A DNA stretch of 64,000 nucleotides. Origin: Paraspadella gotoi (lineage: Eukaryota > Animalia > Chaetognatha). This document shows, piece after piece, positions 9,304-22,959 of the stretch (position 1 is its first letter; each line of letters begins with the position of its first letter). The stretch is from assembly GCA_051294375.1 (NCBI GenBank), contig CM119271.1:7678162-7742161 (forward strand), read 5' to 3'. Below the pieces are notes generated by a model. The model had not been told where the DNA came from and did not search any database. It saw nothing but the letters and a program-made list of their open reading frames with translations. The position numbers and the translations under genes are program-made.

Positions 9304-12300
9304 TCACGTGACCACGACGCCCCGACTCCTGACTGACCCGTCGTTCTCGTCGACCAGAGTCGGCCATAAGAACTGTTTGATCTCCGCGTCGTCGACGTCC
9401 GACGCCGGGTGACGCGTGTGACGATTCGGATCGAACAGCGCCTCGCCAAACTCCACCGTGGCCGAGGGAGTCACCGTTACTAATGGTGGGGGGGAGAAGA
9501 TTGATACGGAGCTGGTCGGTGGTTATTCGATGTTACAACCTAAAAACTATCTGTACGAACTCACCTAAAGCCCACGCAACTCTGACGCTGTCTTCCACAA
9601 AGTTGACCAGAGAAGCGGATTTTTTGAGAGATGGAAAATCGTAGAGGGTCTGCCAGACTTGATCGCAAACCTCCTGGAGGGATAAAGACGGAGTCTTTGA
9701 TTATTTTGCTAAATAGTAACCAGTATGAGGATACGTGAAATTTTGCCTTGAGTTCAATTTTTGGATATTAAAATTTAAACTGTAGCCCTGCAGGAGCTCT
9801 ATCAAATTCATCTGTATTAAATTTCAACAAAAATCGTTTAAACAATCCTTCTCTAACCCGATCATCACAGTCACGTCACATAAGTATTGGTTAATGGCTT
9901 ACGTAATACTTTAATAATTAATAATTTACCCCCCCATCTTCCAAACCTGAACTCCCGCCGAGAGATCGAAGCTATCCACTGTCCTCTGCAGATACGCCTC
10001 CAAGGAATCTTCCACCGCCGCCCGTCCAGGATTTTCAGCCTCCACCGACGCGGCGACAACGGGCAGCTGCAGCGCCACCCTCACTCTCGTCCACAACTCC
10101 ACGCGCGCTTTAACAGCGGCGCGAAAGGAAAGTACGATGACAGAGAAGAGCAGCTTGGTCTTGAGGTCGTCGAGACGCTCCAGGTCCGCCGGCGCCGCCT
10201 CCAAAGCCTCCAGAGACTCGAGCGTTGTGTCCTCGGCCGAGGCGAAGAGATTCTCGTAACGCTTGGTGAGGATGCGCACGGTCACGTCGCGGGCGGAGTC
10301 GGCGGCGGCGGCGACGGAAGAGGGCGTGTGGGTGACGGAGTCTCTGCGGATAGGATTTTTTTAAACCTACTTAATTTAATAGTTAATCTAACTTGGGTGT
10401 TAAAAAAAGTATTACAAAATAATTTTTAACCTTTTAATTCAGCTTAACAATTTGCATATATTACTGAAGAATTTTAAATCTCTTTATTATCAAATTATGA
10501 TTATAACATACATATTACATACATACATAACTCAACAGGAAGTTAAGTATTAAGCGGTGACAGCTTTTTCAGGGCATAAAAAAACATTATGATTTTGAGT
10601 AATTTGAATACAAACTATTTTTAAAAAAGGATGAATTAGAAATAGCTTAGTCTAATCAGTTATATTAAAAAACAATTCTCCCACCTTCCCACGCCATCAG
10701 AGCTGCTGCAGCGCGCTTCCAGTTCCGCTATCCGCGCGTTGGCCTCTTCCAGCCGGCGCCGCAGTCGGCTCGCTTCGTCCACACCGGCATCGCCTCCTTT
10801 CTCTCCTCTCTTTCGCGCGCTTCGCCCTTCGCGTTTGACGGTCCTTCGACGGTGCAGAGTGCATATGCCTTCCATGCGCGGGTTAAAGTCCAACAGCACG
10901 TCGTCCTCATCCTCTTCCTCCCCGTCGTCGTTGTTGTTGTCATCGAACGTCCTCGCCCTTCGCAGCCTCCCCGTTGGCGCCGAGGGATCAACGCGGGCGG
11001 ACGAGCCACTCCGGTCGATCTCCGCGCGACTCACGCGCATCGCTTCCAGCACTTTGACGAACCCCCGGATGTAATTTTTGAGGACGGCCGAAATATTGGC
11101 TAGATCCGGGGGTACGCTGGATGAAAGGGAAAATTAAAACCAACGTTGGGAAGGAGTGTATCATAATGATAATCATTCTATTTTTAAAGTTATATATTGT
11201 ATAATGTATATTGTACAAAATCAGACCTTTGATGGCCGTTGATGACGGTTTTGTCGGACAAATCGGTCGTCCGTCGGACACTTTTTAGCGTTCGACTCTT
11301 TTCGAAGTTGCGTGAAATGCAACAACAGATTCTGAAAAAAAAATTCCAATTTTAATTTGCAATTAGAATTTTTTCGTTTCTTTTTCTTCTTCTTTCTTTT
11401 CTCTTGATAAAATTAATGAGCGTCGATTTAAGTGATTAAGTCATAAACCAAAAGATGCTTGTTTTGCTTATCTTTCATAATGGTGGAGTTGCTCGTCACG
11501 GAGTTCTTTAGAAATTTCTTTCACATAAACTCTTCGAATACATTTTTTTTTTCAAAATAGAAAAAAATATATAATTTTTAACAATTATATAATATAGATA
11601 GATATTTACATTATTCAAAGAATACTTTATGAGAAATTTCCGCTCGATTGAATTAAAATGACCTTAAAAAACGAGCTAAGCCTAAAAGTAAAACAGTTTT
11701 TTTTCGTATTTTAAAACCTTGTCCATGTCGATGCGCTCCTTGAGTTTGTCCCTGAGTCTCGACAGGGTCGCCGTCTCCCCGTTCTCCTCTATGGCGTTGT
11801 AAATCTCCGTGTTTTTGTAAAGCCTGTCTTCCACGTCGCGTTGGTTCACCTGGAGGCGCCGAGGGGGCGTGGCTGTGTTTATCTGTCTGGTTCTTTTGTT
11901 TTGTTTTTTAGTCTTGTTCGCTCTTTTTTCGTCGAGGACCTCCGAGTTTTTTTAAAATATTTTTTTCTAAGATTGTCTCAATTTAAATTCTCTTGCTTTG
12001 TACTTTTCTTTATTACATTTTTATTTATTTTTTAATTTGTACCTCCATGAGTCTTTGGTGACTGTCGATGGACGGCTTTCTTGTGACCGATTGCGCTCGA
12101 CTCGTCGAGTTCGCTCTCCCGCCTGACCTTCCCTTGAGCCTGTTCGATGTCAGGCCGAGAGCATCGACTCGCTTTAGCGCCGCCTTGTGTTTGGCGGCGA
12201 CGACTTCCAACTCGGATCGCAGCGCCTCCGCCAGCGGCGTCATGGCGCCGTTGGATGAAGATTCCGTCATGGTGTGCCGACCCATGTCGTTCAGGCAACT

Positions 12301-14637
12301 GCGTTGGTTTGGTTTGGTTTGGGGAAAAGAGTATAAAAATTAGATAAAAAATTATAAATTGAAAGAAGCGATTACAGAAATTGTCAGAATGATGATATTT
12401 AGTATAAAACGAAAACGTATAGACTATAGCGGAAGGTACCGCTTCAACGTTTTAGTAAAATGATTTCTACTTCCAATTATTATTACGTGATTAAAAGCTT
12501 TTTTCTCTTCTGTGTGCATTTGTTACTAATGTAATCGCTCAAAGCCAAGGCCTTGATCCAAAAATGACAAGAACCACCTCCGTCGACGCCTTACCTATCC
12601 AAAATGCGTTTCCGTTTGAGTAAGTACTTCTTCACCATTGGATCCATGAGGGACAAGACGCGAACGACGTTGCCGACGCTTCGATCCGTTCGCTTTTCTG
12701 GATTTGAAGATTTTTTTTTTTTAAATATTTTGTAATATTCTAATTAAGAATGGAAAGATTAGAATAAGCGATAAGCGAAAATTTTTATTTTGTTAAAAAT
12801 TGCAAGCTTTTAAGCGATGCCCCCTCTCACTGTCTCACACCCACCGCACAATGGGCTATTTTGAAAAAAAAAAAGGCCTCCATGCTCCAGGTTAACGCCC
12901 TACTCCTGAGCTTCGTCCGCCTATCTCGCGCCCAGACTATAGTCGTTAAAGCTGGGTAGCAAGGCTGTATGAAATTTTACGTTATCCTACAATGTATTCA
13001 ATGAAACCCCCCACCCCCACACCTTCGACTCCCTTCCTCTCATCCTCGACGGTCGCGTAATGTCGCACGATCCTCATAGCAATCGCCTCCGAATGACGAC
13101 TCACGAAACTCGTGGCGCCCTCGTCCGAGTTCGTGCAGACGTGAAGGAGGCTCGCTTCGATCACCTACACAAATGGAGATATACGAGTTTAGATGTTTTT
13201 TTCCCCGCTGTTTATTTATTTATTTAGTTTTTTTTCTGTTTTTCATATTTTTTTTTCTTTCTGTAATTTTTTTTTGCAAATTATATCAATTTTTTCCTTC
13301 TTTCTTTTGTTTTTTTGTTTTTTTTGTTTTTAATTTTTTTTTCTTTCTTGTATTTTTCTTTTTCTTCGCTTCGCTTCCCCTCCATTTTCTTTTTTTTTCA
13401 CCTCTCACTCGAAGCCCCTCGATACAACCCCTAGACAACCCCCTCGCTCGAACAAACGATCAACCGCGCAGCTAAAAAAAAAATGACGACGTGAGAGAAA
13501 AATAGACGGGAGAAAGAAAAACTTTCCGACAAGCAAAAAAAGGGATCAGGGTGTTCACACAGTGCACAGTGTAGTACAAATGGTAAGTGAGAAGAAAAGG
13601 AACGGTGGTGAAAAAAAACGGTTGGGACGAGACGAGCCTTTAAAGCGATGAGAGGCTGAAACGAGAACCACCTTAGGTAGTCAAAAGAGTGCAGACCGAA
13701 CCGCCATCTAGTGTGAGAATCGCAGGAGCGGAAAAGTGCGTGAACAGGGGGTTGTCGAACCAAGGATGGGGATGAAGGATGGGGACCAAGGATGGGGATG
13801 AAGGATGGGGACCAAGGATGGGGATGAAGAGTGAATTCCCTGACAAAAAAGGTCGATGCCAAAACCGGATGAGATCAAAAGGACCCGGGCGAATATGATC
13901 AATGATTTACGGCCAAAAACGAAGGCTGGCCGAGATATTTATAGGAGGGAGGAAGGGAGGGAGGGAGAGAGAGAGAGACACACGCGTGCTGCGGATTCAT
14001 TATTGATGACTATGAAGGGGAGTGAGAAAAGAGGAAGAGAGAAAGAAAAAAAGGGGGGGGCAGGGAAGAAAGAATTATCGACCTTTAACTTTTTCCGCGT
14101 TTAGAAGTTTCTTGTTTATAAACATCGTTTGCTCGATGAGTAAACGCGGTCTCGCGCGCGGTACTCGGGGAGTTCACGCGCCAAAGTTCGCACGGAGTTT
14201 TTTTTTGGGGGGGGGCTAAGTATCTTTGCGTAGACAAATGGGACCCGGGGGATTATTTTGCCTACAATTTCATTGCTGAATCACGCTCTTGAAGCCGCGG
14301 TGTAACCCTAGTTTCATTTTTTAAAGATTTAAAAAAAATATCACTTTTGCTCGTCTGGTAAAGGAGATATAAGCTTTTTTTCCCCCCCGTATTTTGTCTC
14401 CGATAATGATTTCAAGTTCAAATACAGAAAAGCGCATCTCTAATTAAAAAATCATCAAATCGACATAACATCGAACGAAAAAAGTAAAAAAATCACTTTT
14501 TTTCCCACGATTCTTAAGATTTAAACGAATCGAAAGAAAATCGATTTGATCTTTTTTTTCCAGAACTGTAATCACTTTTTTTTTAATTGACGGATTTAAT
14601 AAAATGAACGGAAAAAACCATTGAGTCCGTCTCGGTC

Positions 14638-14668
<31 letters not shown>

Positions 14669-15433
14669 TCCCTCTCCCCCATTCAAACCTCAATCGATTC
14701 AGGGATGTTGGACAGTAGAATTTCCATGGAAATATGTGGGAGCACGTTGAAGAAGAATCCTTTGGCATCGAGCGATTGGAAAAACGTGGCGCACTCTGCG
14801 AATCTGGATCGAGAAATTGGAGAAAAAAAAAAAGATCGTGAGGATTTGAATAAAACCGATGATTAAAAATGAATAAAGATGGAGACGAATGGATTAAAAT
14901 TAAAACGAAGCGGAATGCAGACATTTTAAAATTTATAGGAAATATTACTATACTTAGCTCAAGGAAAGAAACATGTTTACTCAGTGATTAGAATATTTAC
15001 AAAAATTGTCTTTTGTCCGGAATAAAAACAGCGATTGAATTTTTTTCCCCCCTTTTTTTCTTTCTTTATTTATTTCTTTATTTCTTTATTCCTTTATTAC
15101 TTTCTGTATTTATTTCTTTCTTTCTTTTTGTATTTCTTTATTTCTTGATTTCTTGATTTATTTATTTTTTTTTTTTTGAAAGTGAATAGAATCTTTTTTT
15201 ATTTTTATTTTTCACGGACGAAAGAAAATCTCACGGGATTCTCATTCACAAGTCGTTGAATGATTGGGAATATTTAAGGGTGAGATTTCTGAATATTTCC
15301 ATCTTCAGTTTACTTAGACGGCTGCACGAATAGCCTTCACTAGCGATGTCAGCTTCGCCCTTTACTCTGGTAACCATCACCTGCGCGTCTGCAAGAGTAA
15401 GAGCGTCCTCCGAATCACCGCGTCCGTTTCCAT
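9304..15433 (-). CDS. Mitochondria-eating protein (MIEAP/SPATA18) C-terminal-domain protein, invertebrate type, 11 exons
   Basis: Exons 15381-15433, 14689-14803, 13023-13164, 12595-12697, 12043-12298, 11718-11849, 11227-11331, 10685-11116, 9947-10343, 9565-9673, 9304-9479. The C-terminus EVCDQVWQTLYDFPSL...VRVAWAL...FLWPTLVDENDGSVRSRGVVVT* is typical of the MIEAP domain, and there is a central coiled coil (LRRRLEEANARIAELEAR). One phase mismatch at the exon 7/8 junction. Confidence 0.75.
13761..13828 (+). repeat. 26-bp minisatellite (CAAGGATGGGGATGAAGGATGGGGAC) x about 2.6, intronic
   Basis: Direct tandem copies visible in the sequence; five GGGG runs. Confidence 0.85.
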
Positions 15434-15792
15434 AGTTCGTTTTTATGTTTAGAACTTTTGTTTGTTTTGGTTTTTTAGTTCGTTGTTTGTCCGCGAGAGA
15501 GATCGACGGTTTTAAGAGTTTTTCCCGCTTCGAATCGCTCCGTCGGGTCGCGTATATTTCACTTTCATACTTTTTTTCATTTAGAAAGAAAGAAATGTTT
15601 TTTTTCCCCGTTTTTTTTTTAATATTCGCGGGGCATTTAAGGAATTCCGCTGGGGGAAAAATGTTTATGTATATTTTTCATTTTACGCGAGAAATAAAAA
15701 AAAATAAAAAAACATTTGCTTTTTCGTTTGGAAAATCGGACGGGATAGATTTTGAAATAGAAAAAGAAAACCACGATGAGATATATAGAGTT

Positions 15793-15795
<3 letters not shown>

Positions 15796-15868
<73 letters not shown>

Positions 15869-15956
15869 TTACGTGTGTGATTTGGGAAAAAATATATTCA
15901 TAAAACTAGATAATGGACACTGGTGAGTGAATAAGATTTGAATGATAAGCGAGACA

Positions 15957-16026
<70 letters not shown>

Positions 16027-16673
16027 GAGAAAAAAAAGAAGAGTCTCTTCTGTCGATTAAGGAAGGATTTATCTCGGTTTCGTTTCCGCCCTCCTGCGCG
16101 TCGAGAGGGAAAAGAGAAAGGAAAAGGAAAAGAGAAAAGGAAAAGGAAAATAAAAATATAATAAAAAGGGGGAAAAAAAAAAAGATGAACATAAAGTTGT
16201 AGCCTAAGTATTTTTTTTTCTATATTCATTTCTTCATCTTTTCTCGCCTTTTTGCAGGAGACGACGTCACGAGCCACGCCCACTTTTTAATCTTTCATCG
16301 CGCGTCATTTTAATCCATTTTTATTCCCTTTTTATTTCGTCGATGACGGTTTTTAAGGCGACGAAATGACGTCGACCCGAGACCAAAGTCAAAGTGGAAT
16401 TCTGCGCTTCGGTGGTCGTTGGAGTTTCTCGCTGTTGCGGAAGGAAAAGTCGACGATCTGTTTACGCGTTTAAATTTAAGTAAGTTTAAATTTAAGTAAG
16501 TTCGCGTCTTTAATTTTTTTTCTTATTCAGAAACTCGTTTTTAGCAAGAAAGAAAAAAAATTACCGGTCTTTCAACAAAAAAATATTTGTTCTTATGAAT
16601 ACGTATTTCTTAGTCTTAGAGCAGAATTTCAATCAAGTTGCAGAAGTGCTTCGTGTTTATCAAAAGTCCACGC

Positions 16674-16765
<92 letters not shown>

Positions 16766-16871
16766 AGTGTGAAAAGCGAAGGCGAGTTTGTAATTACCAG
16801 GAAAACGCCTCTTGTCTCGAAACGAACAGGTGGCAGATTAAACGTTTTCGATTACACGCTGGGATTACACT

Positions 16872-16951
<80 letters not shown>

Positions 16952-17360
16952 GCTCTTTTCTTTCCCTCCCCTTAGTCGCCTGCGTCCGTTTACCAAAATC
17001 CTGGTAAAAATACAGACGATTTATTATGTTTCCTTTTTGTGTCTCTTCTCAATCTTCTTCAAAACACCACCCGTCCCTCAAGAAGACTTACACAGCGAAC
17101 TCACCCGCCTAGACGTCGGAGGCCGAAAAGCGACGAAGACATCGTCCGAGTCGTCCCGCGGTTCGGACGGCGAGAAAACCGCGGGTGAGAGAGAGAGAGA
17201 GAGAGAGGAGAGAAGAAGAGAGAGAGAGAGGAGGAGAGAGATGAGAGAGAGAGAAGAGAGAGAGAGAGAGAGGAAAAGAAAGAGAGTGAAAAAGTGTGAA
17301 AGAGAAAGAAAGCGAGAGAGTAAAAGAGAGAAAGATAGAAAGAAAGAGAGAGAGTTAAAA
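15796..17360. repeat. Cluster of (GA)n/(TC)n microsatellites
   Basis: Long GA tracts near 15796-15867, 15959-16022, 16677-16766 and 17187-17270, and a TC tract near 16873-16950. Further tracts occur at about 29625-29845, 31650-31720, 32313-32507, 37378-37487, 43676-43738, 44450-44502 and 55050-55101. Confidence 0.95.
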
Positions 17361-17559
17361 TAAAAAGTGCAAATATTCAAACGTCAAAGCTTAAAAAAAA
17401 AGGCTCAAGGAATTCTAGCGGATGAAAAAAGAAACACCTGCCGAAGAAAAAGAAAAACGTGAAAAAAAAGTCTGCATTCTCGAGAAATGAGCGCGAGAAA
17501 AATCTGGTTCTAACCCGAGAATCTCAATAGTTAAAGAAGAAAACATTTTCTCGATTGTT

Positions 17560-18510
17560 GCGACGGCCGTCCACGGCCGACGGGCGGCTCCGGCGGGCCG
17601 AGACGGCGCGGCTGAAAGCGGCGCTACTGCAGGAAGAGGACGATACCGGTCAGTCGACGTAAGGAGAGGAAGACATCAAGAAATCTCGGCTCCGACCCTC
17701 TCTCTCCTTACCAAGCCGGCGTCCCAGTCGGCGATTCCACTCGATGAATCGTCGGCGCCGATGTTGAGGGGCTCTGAGGGAAGGCGTCGGCTCGCGGCGG
17801 CGCCAGTCGTTAGGGCGTCGATCCAGCCGCAGCACCTCCAGATACCAGCGCTGTGTACCTGTGAGAAGTCGGGACTCTGGACCCAGCGCTCAATTCGGTG
17901 ACGGGACTCGAAAGAGGCTCGTCCGGGAGATGGCGCGCGTCGGATCTTCGAGGGCGGAACCGCCTGCGGGACTCCGCTTGTACGACCGCCGTGGAGCCGA
18001 GATGCCGAGTGTAGCCGGGAAGTCGATAGTCCCAACGACCCCGCCGAAGTTGAATACTGCAGAAGGTCGGCGTCGTTAGCGACGCCAGTTGGAGTAGTAA
18101 CCGGAGTAAGACGGCCGTACGTTTGTGTTTTTTATCAGTGTTCGATAATATTAGTACGGTAGTTCGTATCCGAAGGCGCAATCTGGTCGCGTTGAGTCCC
18201 GGGACTCAGTAAGACGTGGCGGTGGTAGCGATAGGCCGGCCCTTGTAGGAGCGGAGACTGCAGTATAACGAGCTCGTAGGTATGGGTCAGTAGTTGGTCG
18301 AAGGAGTATGCTAGTACTTGGCTGCGCGACTCGACGCGCTGTTCTTGTCGGCTTTGGTGGATGCGTGGAGCGCTTGTCTTGTTCCACGCCGCCGAGTATT
18401 CCTGAGTAAGCCAGGGGCGCGAGCGTTCCCGTAGCGACGCAATACTCGGATGCTGTTCTGAATTGCATTTTTTTGTGGCAACTGTCTGGAGGCCTGTGGG
18501 CAAATTGGTG
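17560..18510 (-). repeat. Indel-rich inverted copy of about 34660-35460 (Tyr/Arg-rich ORF)
   Basis: The minus-strand translation keeps FPGYTRHLGSTAVV-like and LNIGADD...LVRRERVGAEI segments but has frequent single-base indels. Confidence 0.85.
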
Positions 18511-20239
18511 GGAGGGTAGGGCTGGTTCGTGCGCGATCCGTACTAAGGAATCTTCGCAGGTCTTGGGCTTACGATGGGAAATGGCCGAAGGCGAGGAAGC
18601 CGTTCCATTTTGGTGCCAAAACTAGACGTCGAGTTTAGTTGAGAATGTGGATCAAGTCAGAAGGGGAGGATTCAACCGAAAGAATGTTGTGCGTAGAAGG
18701 AAAAGACCTTGCCGAAACTGAAGGTTTCATGTGAAAAAGTCGAGGGATCTACACGGGCGGGGTACTTCCGTAGAAGTGCTGTATGGGGATGGACTAAGAG
18801 AGAGAAAAAGGAGAAATCAGAGTATGTTTCAACGAAGTTTAGTTTAGTGTGTTTTCCACCTTCTCTCAAATTGTTTTTTTTTTCTGCTGTCAATCCGATA
18901 ATTCGTTTTCTCACTGAGTTTCCATTTTGCGAGGAATTTTATTTATTGGTATTTCCTCTCCGCTGAGTGACTAAGGTTACGACATAAAACTTTAAAGAAA
19001 AACATCGCAAGTTATAATTCAGAAGACAATTCCTCTCTGTGGAAACAAACGCATAAGGAACCACCGACTGTCGGCACGTGTTCGTAAATGTTGACGTGCC
19101 GCAAAATAGAAAGATGGGAGATGATTATACTATTCGGAGCCGACAGTTCTGTCGTCGGCAATAGCCTCGGTCGTTTGTTTTCATGATTGAGAATGGACTA
19201 TACGGAAAAATGGCTAATACAGGATTATGTTCCAAAGGTGTAAGGATTTTAAAAAGAACGCATTACGCAGGCTCGTGCCGCCAATGCACACGGTAGAGGT
19301 GTTGGTTTAAAAAACTACGAAGTATCGACAGAGTGTTGACCAGATTGGATTTGGCACCGAAGATTGAGGTGGTCAACCCCCGAGCCGTTCGTTAGGGAAT
19401 TTGCACCACAGAGTTTTGAGTGCCGGTCCTCTCGAACGATAAGACGGGGCAGGAAAAGCATTAGTGTCGAGTTTGGGTTGGTAGCGGGGCAACCTTTTTC
19501 TGAGCAAATGAATCACAAAAACTACGACACTCGTTTTTAGAAAGAAGAAAACCGCACAAAGAAGAAGAGCAACACACTATTCTCATTACCAAGAGGACGA
19601 TCAAGCTGAGCCACAAGCTCCTCGTATGAATCTAAGATGGATCGCATGTATGACAGATTGGAGGAAATGTTGCACATTACTAAAAGTAAATGGCAACCAT
19701 TACTAAAAGTAAATGCAACATTTACTAAAAGTTACTGTACAGGATTACCTATCAACCGATTACTATGAATATCTAGTTTTGCGCTTTATAATAAGTTTTC
19801 AACAATAATGTATACTTTAGTTCTTGTTTATGTATTTCTTTGTTTCTTTTATGTTTATGAACTAAATTTTGTTATATTTTCTCACTTTCAGTCTTTTTTT
19901 TTTTGCCTAATCGGCTTCTTAACGCTGCCATGCAGTATTGTAATAATGCAATCACTTCCATTGTTCTATTATTGAGGAATTCATGCTGGTTTTTCGATTC
20001 TCTTTCCGTCGTTCGCGAGTGCCCGTGAGTAGATAACTAAACGGACAATATGAGGGCCATCGGCGGCGGTTTAAAAACGCCTCTATCGCCGAGGACAGGT
20101 AAGGCTCGCTCGCTGATATCTCTTTTTTATTATCCCTTCCTTTGATTTCTGAGTCTGCTCTCCCGGGTCATCTTGGCAGTCAGTCATACGCATGGTACCC
20201 GTTCGAAAAACATTTCCTCCCCCATCTCGATTTTTCAAC

Positions 20240-21240
20240 CACGCTTAGCCACCTGGAGATGAGGGTTGACCACTGCGACCGTGAGGGATTGCTTTAATGA
20301 CACTGCGCTCGCCATGGAAGATAGCCCCTCGACCCCAACTTCCTCGTCCGATCGAGGGACCGGGAAATCTCTTGCTGCCTGCAGGATATCTGTTTTGCCC
20401 GACTCTGCCGTCGTCGTCGTCTGTCGCCGCCTCGACCAACTCTGCGTCCCATGCCGGGAGTCCAAAGTCCATAGCGCTGCTCCGTAAAGGACCGGCTGCA
20501 TCGGTGGCGCCGCTAATATGGGTGCGCGCACGACCGCCGCCGTGGCAGAACCGCACCCGCCGCAATTACTGTCTGGGACGCATTCGAGTGACATCCTGGC
20601 AGAGGGCGGCGGCGTTGGACCCGGCCGGGCGCCACATTCTTTCGTTCCGCGCGGCTCGTACGTTTGCCCGTTCGTGCCCACGGATATTCTCCTGGAGCAA
20701 CGGCGGCCTGATCGCCAAGGACGTCATTGTCGCGCCGTAAAGTTATATCGGCCGTTGAGAGAAATTGGCTGCGCTCGCTTCGAGTGGCGCCCTTGCATAT
20801 GACGAGAGCCCGTAGCCTTGCGAAGTCTCATTTCCACATCGCACTGACGCATGTTTTACCCACTCCGGCCCGACTCTTTAGGGAGAGCTCTCTCGCCCTC
20901 GTGCCGGTACTCTGCCACCATCTGTTCGCTTGACCTCCCACGACAGGGTTGGACGTGTTAGCGTTGTCTGCGCTCTCGAGGAGGCGTCATGCGGACGGCC
21001 GAAGCGGCGTGAGCTCATTTACCTCGGACGGAGGAGTAGCGACTCAGCCGGTCGCTCGTCATGTAGGGTCGGCCTGGCCTTGCCGAACGGGACGGCTCCG
21101 TCGCCTCCGTACTTGTTTGGTGAATACTTCAAAGGGCTGCTGTTAGACCGGGTTGTAAGCTTGCTCCAGCTTCGTCGGAGTGGTACGGATTTTGGAGAGA
21201 AGGAAGGGGACACTTGCGAACGCTGTTAGGGGGCGAGAGG
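20240..21240 (-). repeat. Indel-rich inverted copy of about 33520-34300
   Basis: Shared segments (NCGGCG, LAAPPMQP, PFGK) with many 1-nt insertions; it abuts the 25-N gap at 21319-21343. Confidence 0.85.
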
Positions 21241-21253
21241 GAGAGAGAGAAAG

Positions 21254-21294
<41 letters not shown>

Positions 21295-22129
21295 GAGAGG
21301 ATGCAGAAGAGATAGATANNNNNNNNNNNNNNNNNNNNNNNNNGAGAGACGCGATCCGCCAGGGCGAAATCAGAGTTTCCGACTTTGGAAGGCGAACAAA
21401 AGGCAAACAAAGACGGAATCTCGAGGTGAAAAAATCGAGAGTCGCCGCCGATTATAAATGACCGAGATTAGATGGAAAAGAGTCGAAATTAACAAAATTT
21501 ACAAAAAATAAAACCAACGATTGACATGTAATTTATTCGGGTTAATTCTTTCGCTCAGCCCTCGGAGCCTAAAGCGCCGTTCCTTTGTTCAAAAGCGAAT
21601 AACTTATTTTTGGGAAACAAACACAAAATGAGAGCAAGAAAATTTAAACGGCCAAGAAATCCAAGTTTAGCTCTAATAGTGCCTTTTTAAGGTTCAATTA
21701 AATAGAGATTTCAATGAAAAAGTGCGACCATTCACCAATAATGTAAACTCTGACGAAATAGAAATAAGGTTATAAAACTTTCTCGGAGTTGGATAGTTGG
21801 CGAGTGTAAAAAGTAGGCATTGGAGAAATAAAACTATGCGAGTCGAATCCTGACGCTTTCGCTCACGATAGTCTCTTGGGCAGACGAATTCTCGTTTCAG
21901 ACTTCGTGGGCAAAAGAATTTGAAGTTCTAAAAAAAAAATAAAGAAAACAAAAAGAAACGGAGACAAAATCTTTGTCAAAGAAAGACGATGACAAAAACG
22001 AAATGGTAACACCGCGCGTCGACTAACATAAATAGTTTTGGCTAAAAAAAATGGGGGGTGTTGATATCCATTCGTGGAAGATAAATTGATGATTGCGCGA
22101 TTGGGGTTTTCGAAATTAATTGGGTTATT

Positions 22130-22640
22130 CGAAAATAGAATTAGGCCGAACTTAATATAAATGCCAATGCATATCCACGATCCAAATTGAGGATTAGCCG
22201 ACCCTTAATTAAATCATCCAATTAATTAATTCAAAATTAGATTTAGCGCCGGAACCTTTATTAAGATCATCCGTATATTATTTAATAATTAGAATTAGTT
22301 GAAACATATAATTAATCCATGCAATGTTTCCAGTCAAAAAGCTTGGATGTTACGCGCGAGCTAGTAATTTAAATGCTCATTAATCATATCAAATTGGATT
22401 AAGCCGACTTAATTAAATCATCATTATCATCAAAATTGCGATTAAGCATTATTAAGCATTAATTAAAAATCATACAATTATTATCAAAATTAGATTAAGC
22501 CGACTTAATTAAATCCATTATTATCATCAAAATTGATATAAGCCAACTATTATCAATTAAATCATCATCATCGAATCATCATTAATTAAATCATCATTAT
22601 CATCAAAATTAGATTAGCAGACTTAATTAAATAATCATTA
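22130..22640 (+). repeat. Degenerate AT-rich tandem repeat, unit of about 42 bp (TTAATTAAATCATCATTATCATCAAAATTAGATTAAGCCGAC-like)
   Basis: Recurrent CTTAATTAAATCATC and CAAAATTAGATTAAGCCGA words at roughly 40-45 bp spacing, with noisy copies. Confidence 0.7.
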
Positions 22641-22759
22641 TCCTACTCAGTCTATTTATATACCAAAACATATCGAATGATGACAACGACGCTTATCCAC
22701 AACCATGTCACCGACCTTGACGACGATGTCGACGACGACGTTGGGGGCAGAAAAGATGA

Positions 22760-22872
22760 CAACGACGCGAGTCATTGGTGACCGGAGTCAAATAACTTCA
22801 GAGAGTGGAGGTGGACAATCTTGAGCGAAGGCGGAAATCCTCCAAAACAAATCCCCGGGTCTTAAAATTCCA

Positions 22873-22959
<87 letters not shown>

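Noticed and set aside
12847-12875. Transib/RSS-like end CACAATGGG
   Set aside because: No matching inverted partner or target duplication found.
14444-17380. ERERER / LSLSLS ORFs here and at 29-32 kb, 37-38 kb and 55 kb
   Set aside because: Translations of (GA)n/(TC)n microsatellites.
19630-20010. Possible piggyBac transposase remnant (MYDRLEEMLHI; CSIIEEFMLVFR)
   Set aside because: Only two short weak resemblances in noisy sequence, with no TIR or TTAA duplication identified.
22130-22640. CRISPR-like array
   Set aside because: Head-to-tail degenerate units without unique spacers, in a eukaryotic context with no cas genes.
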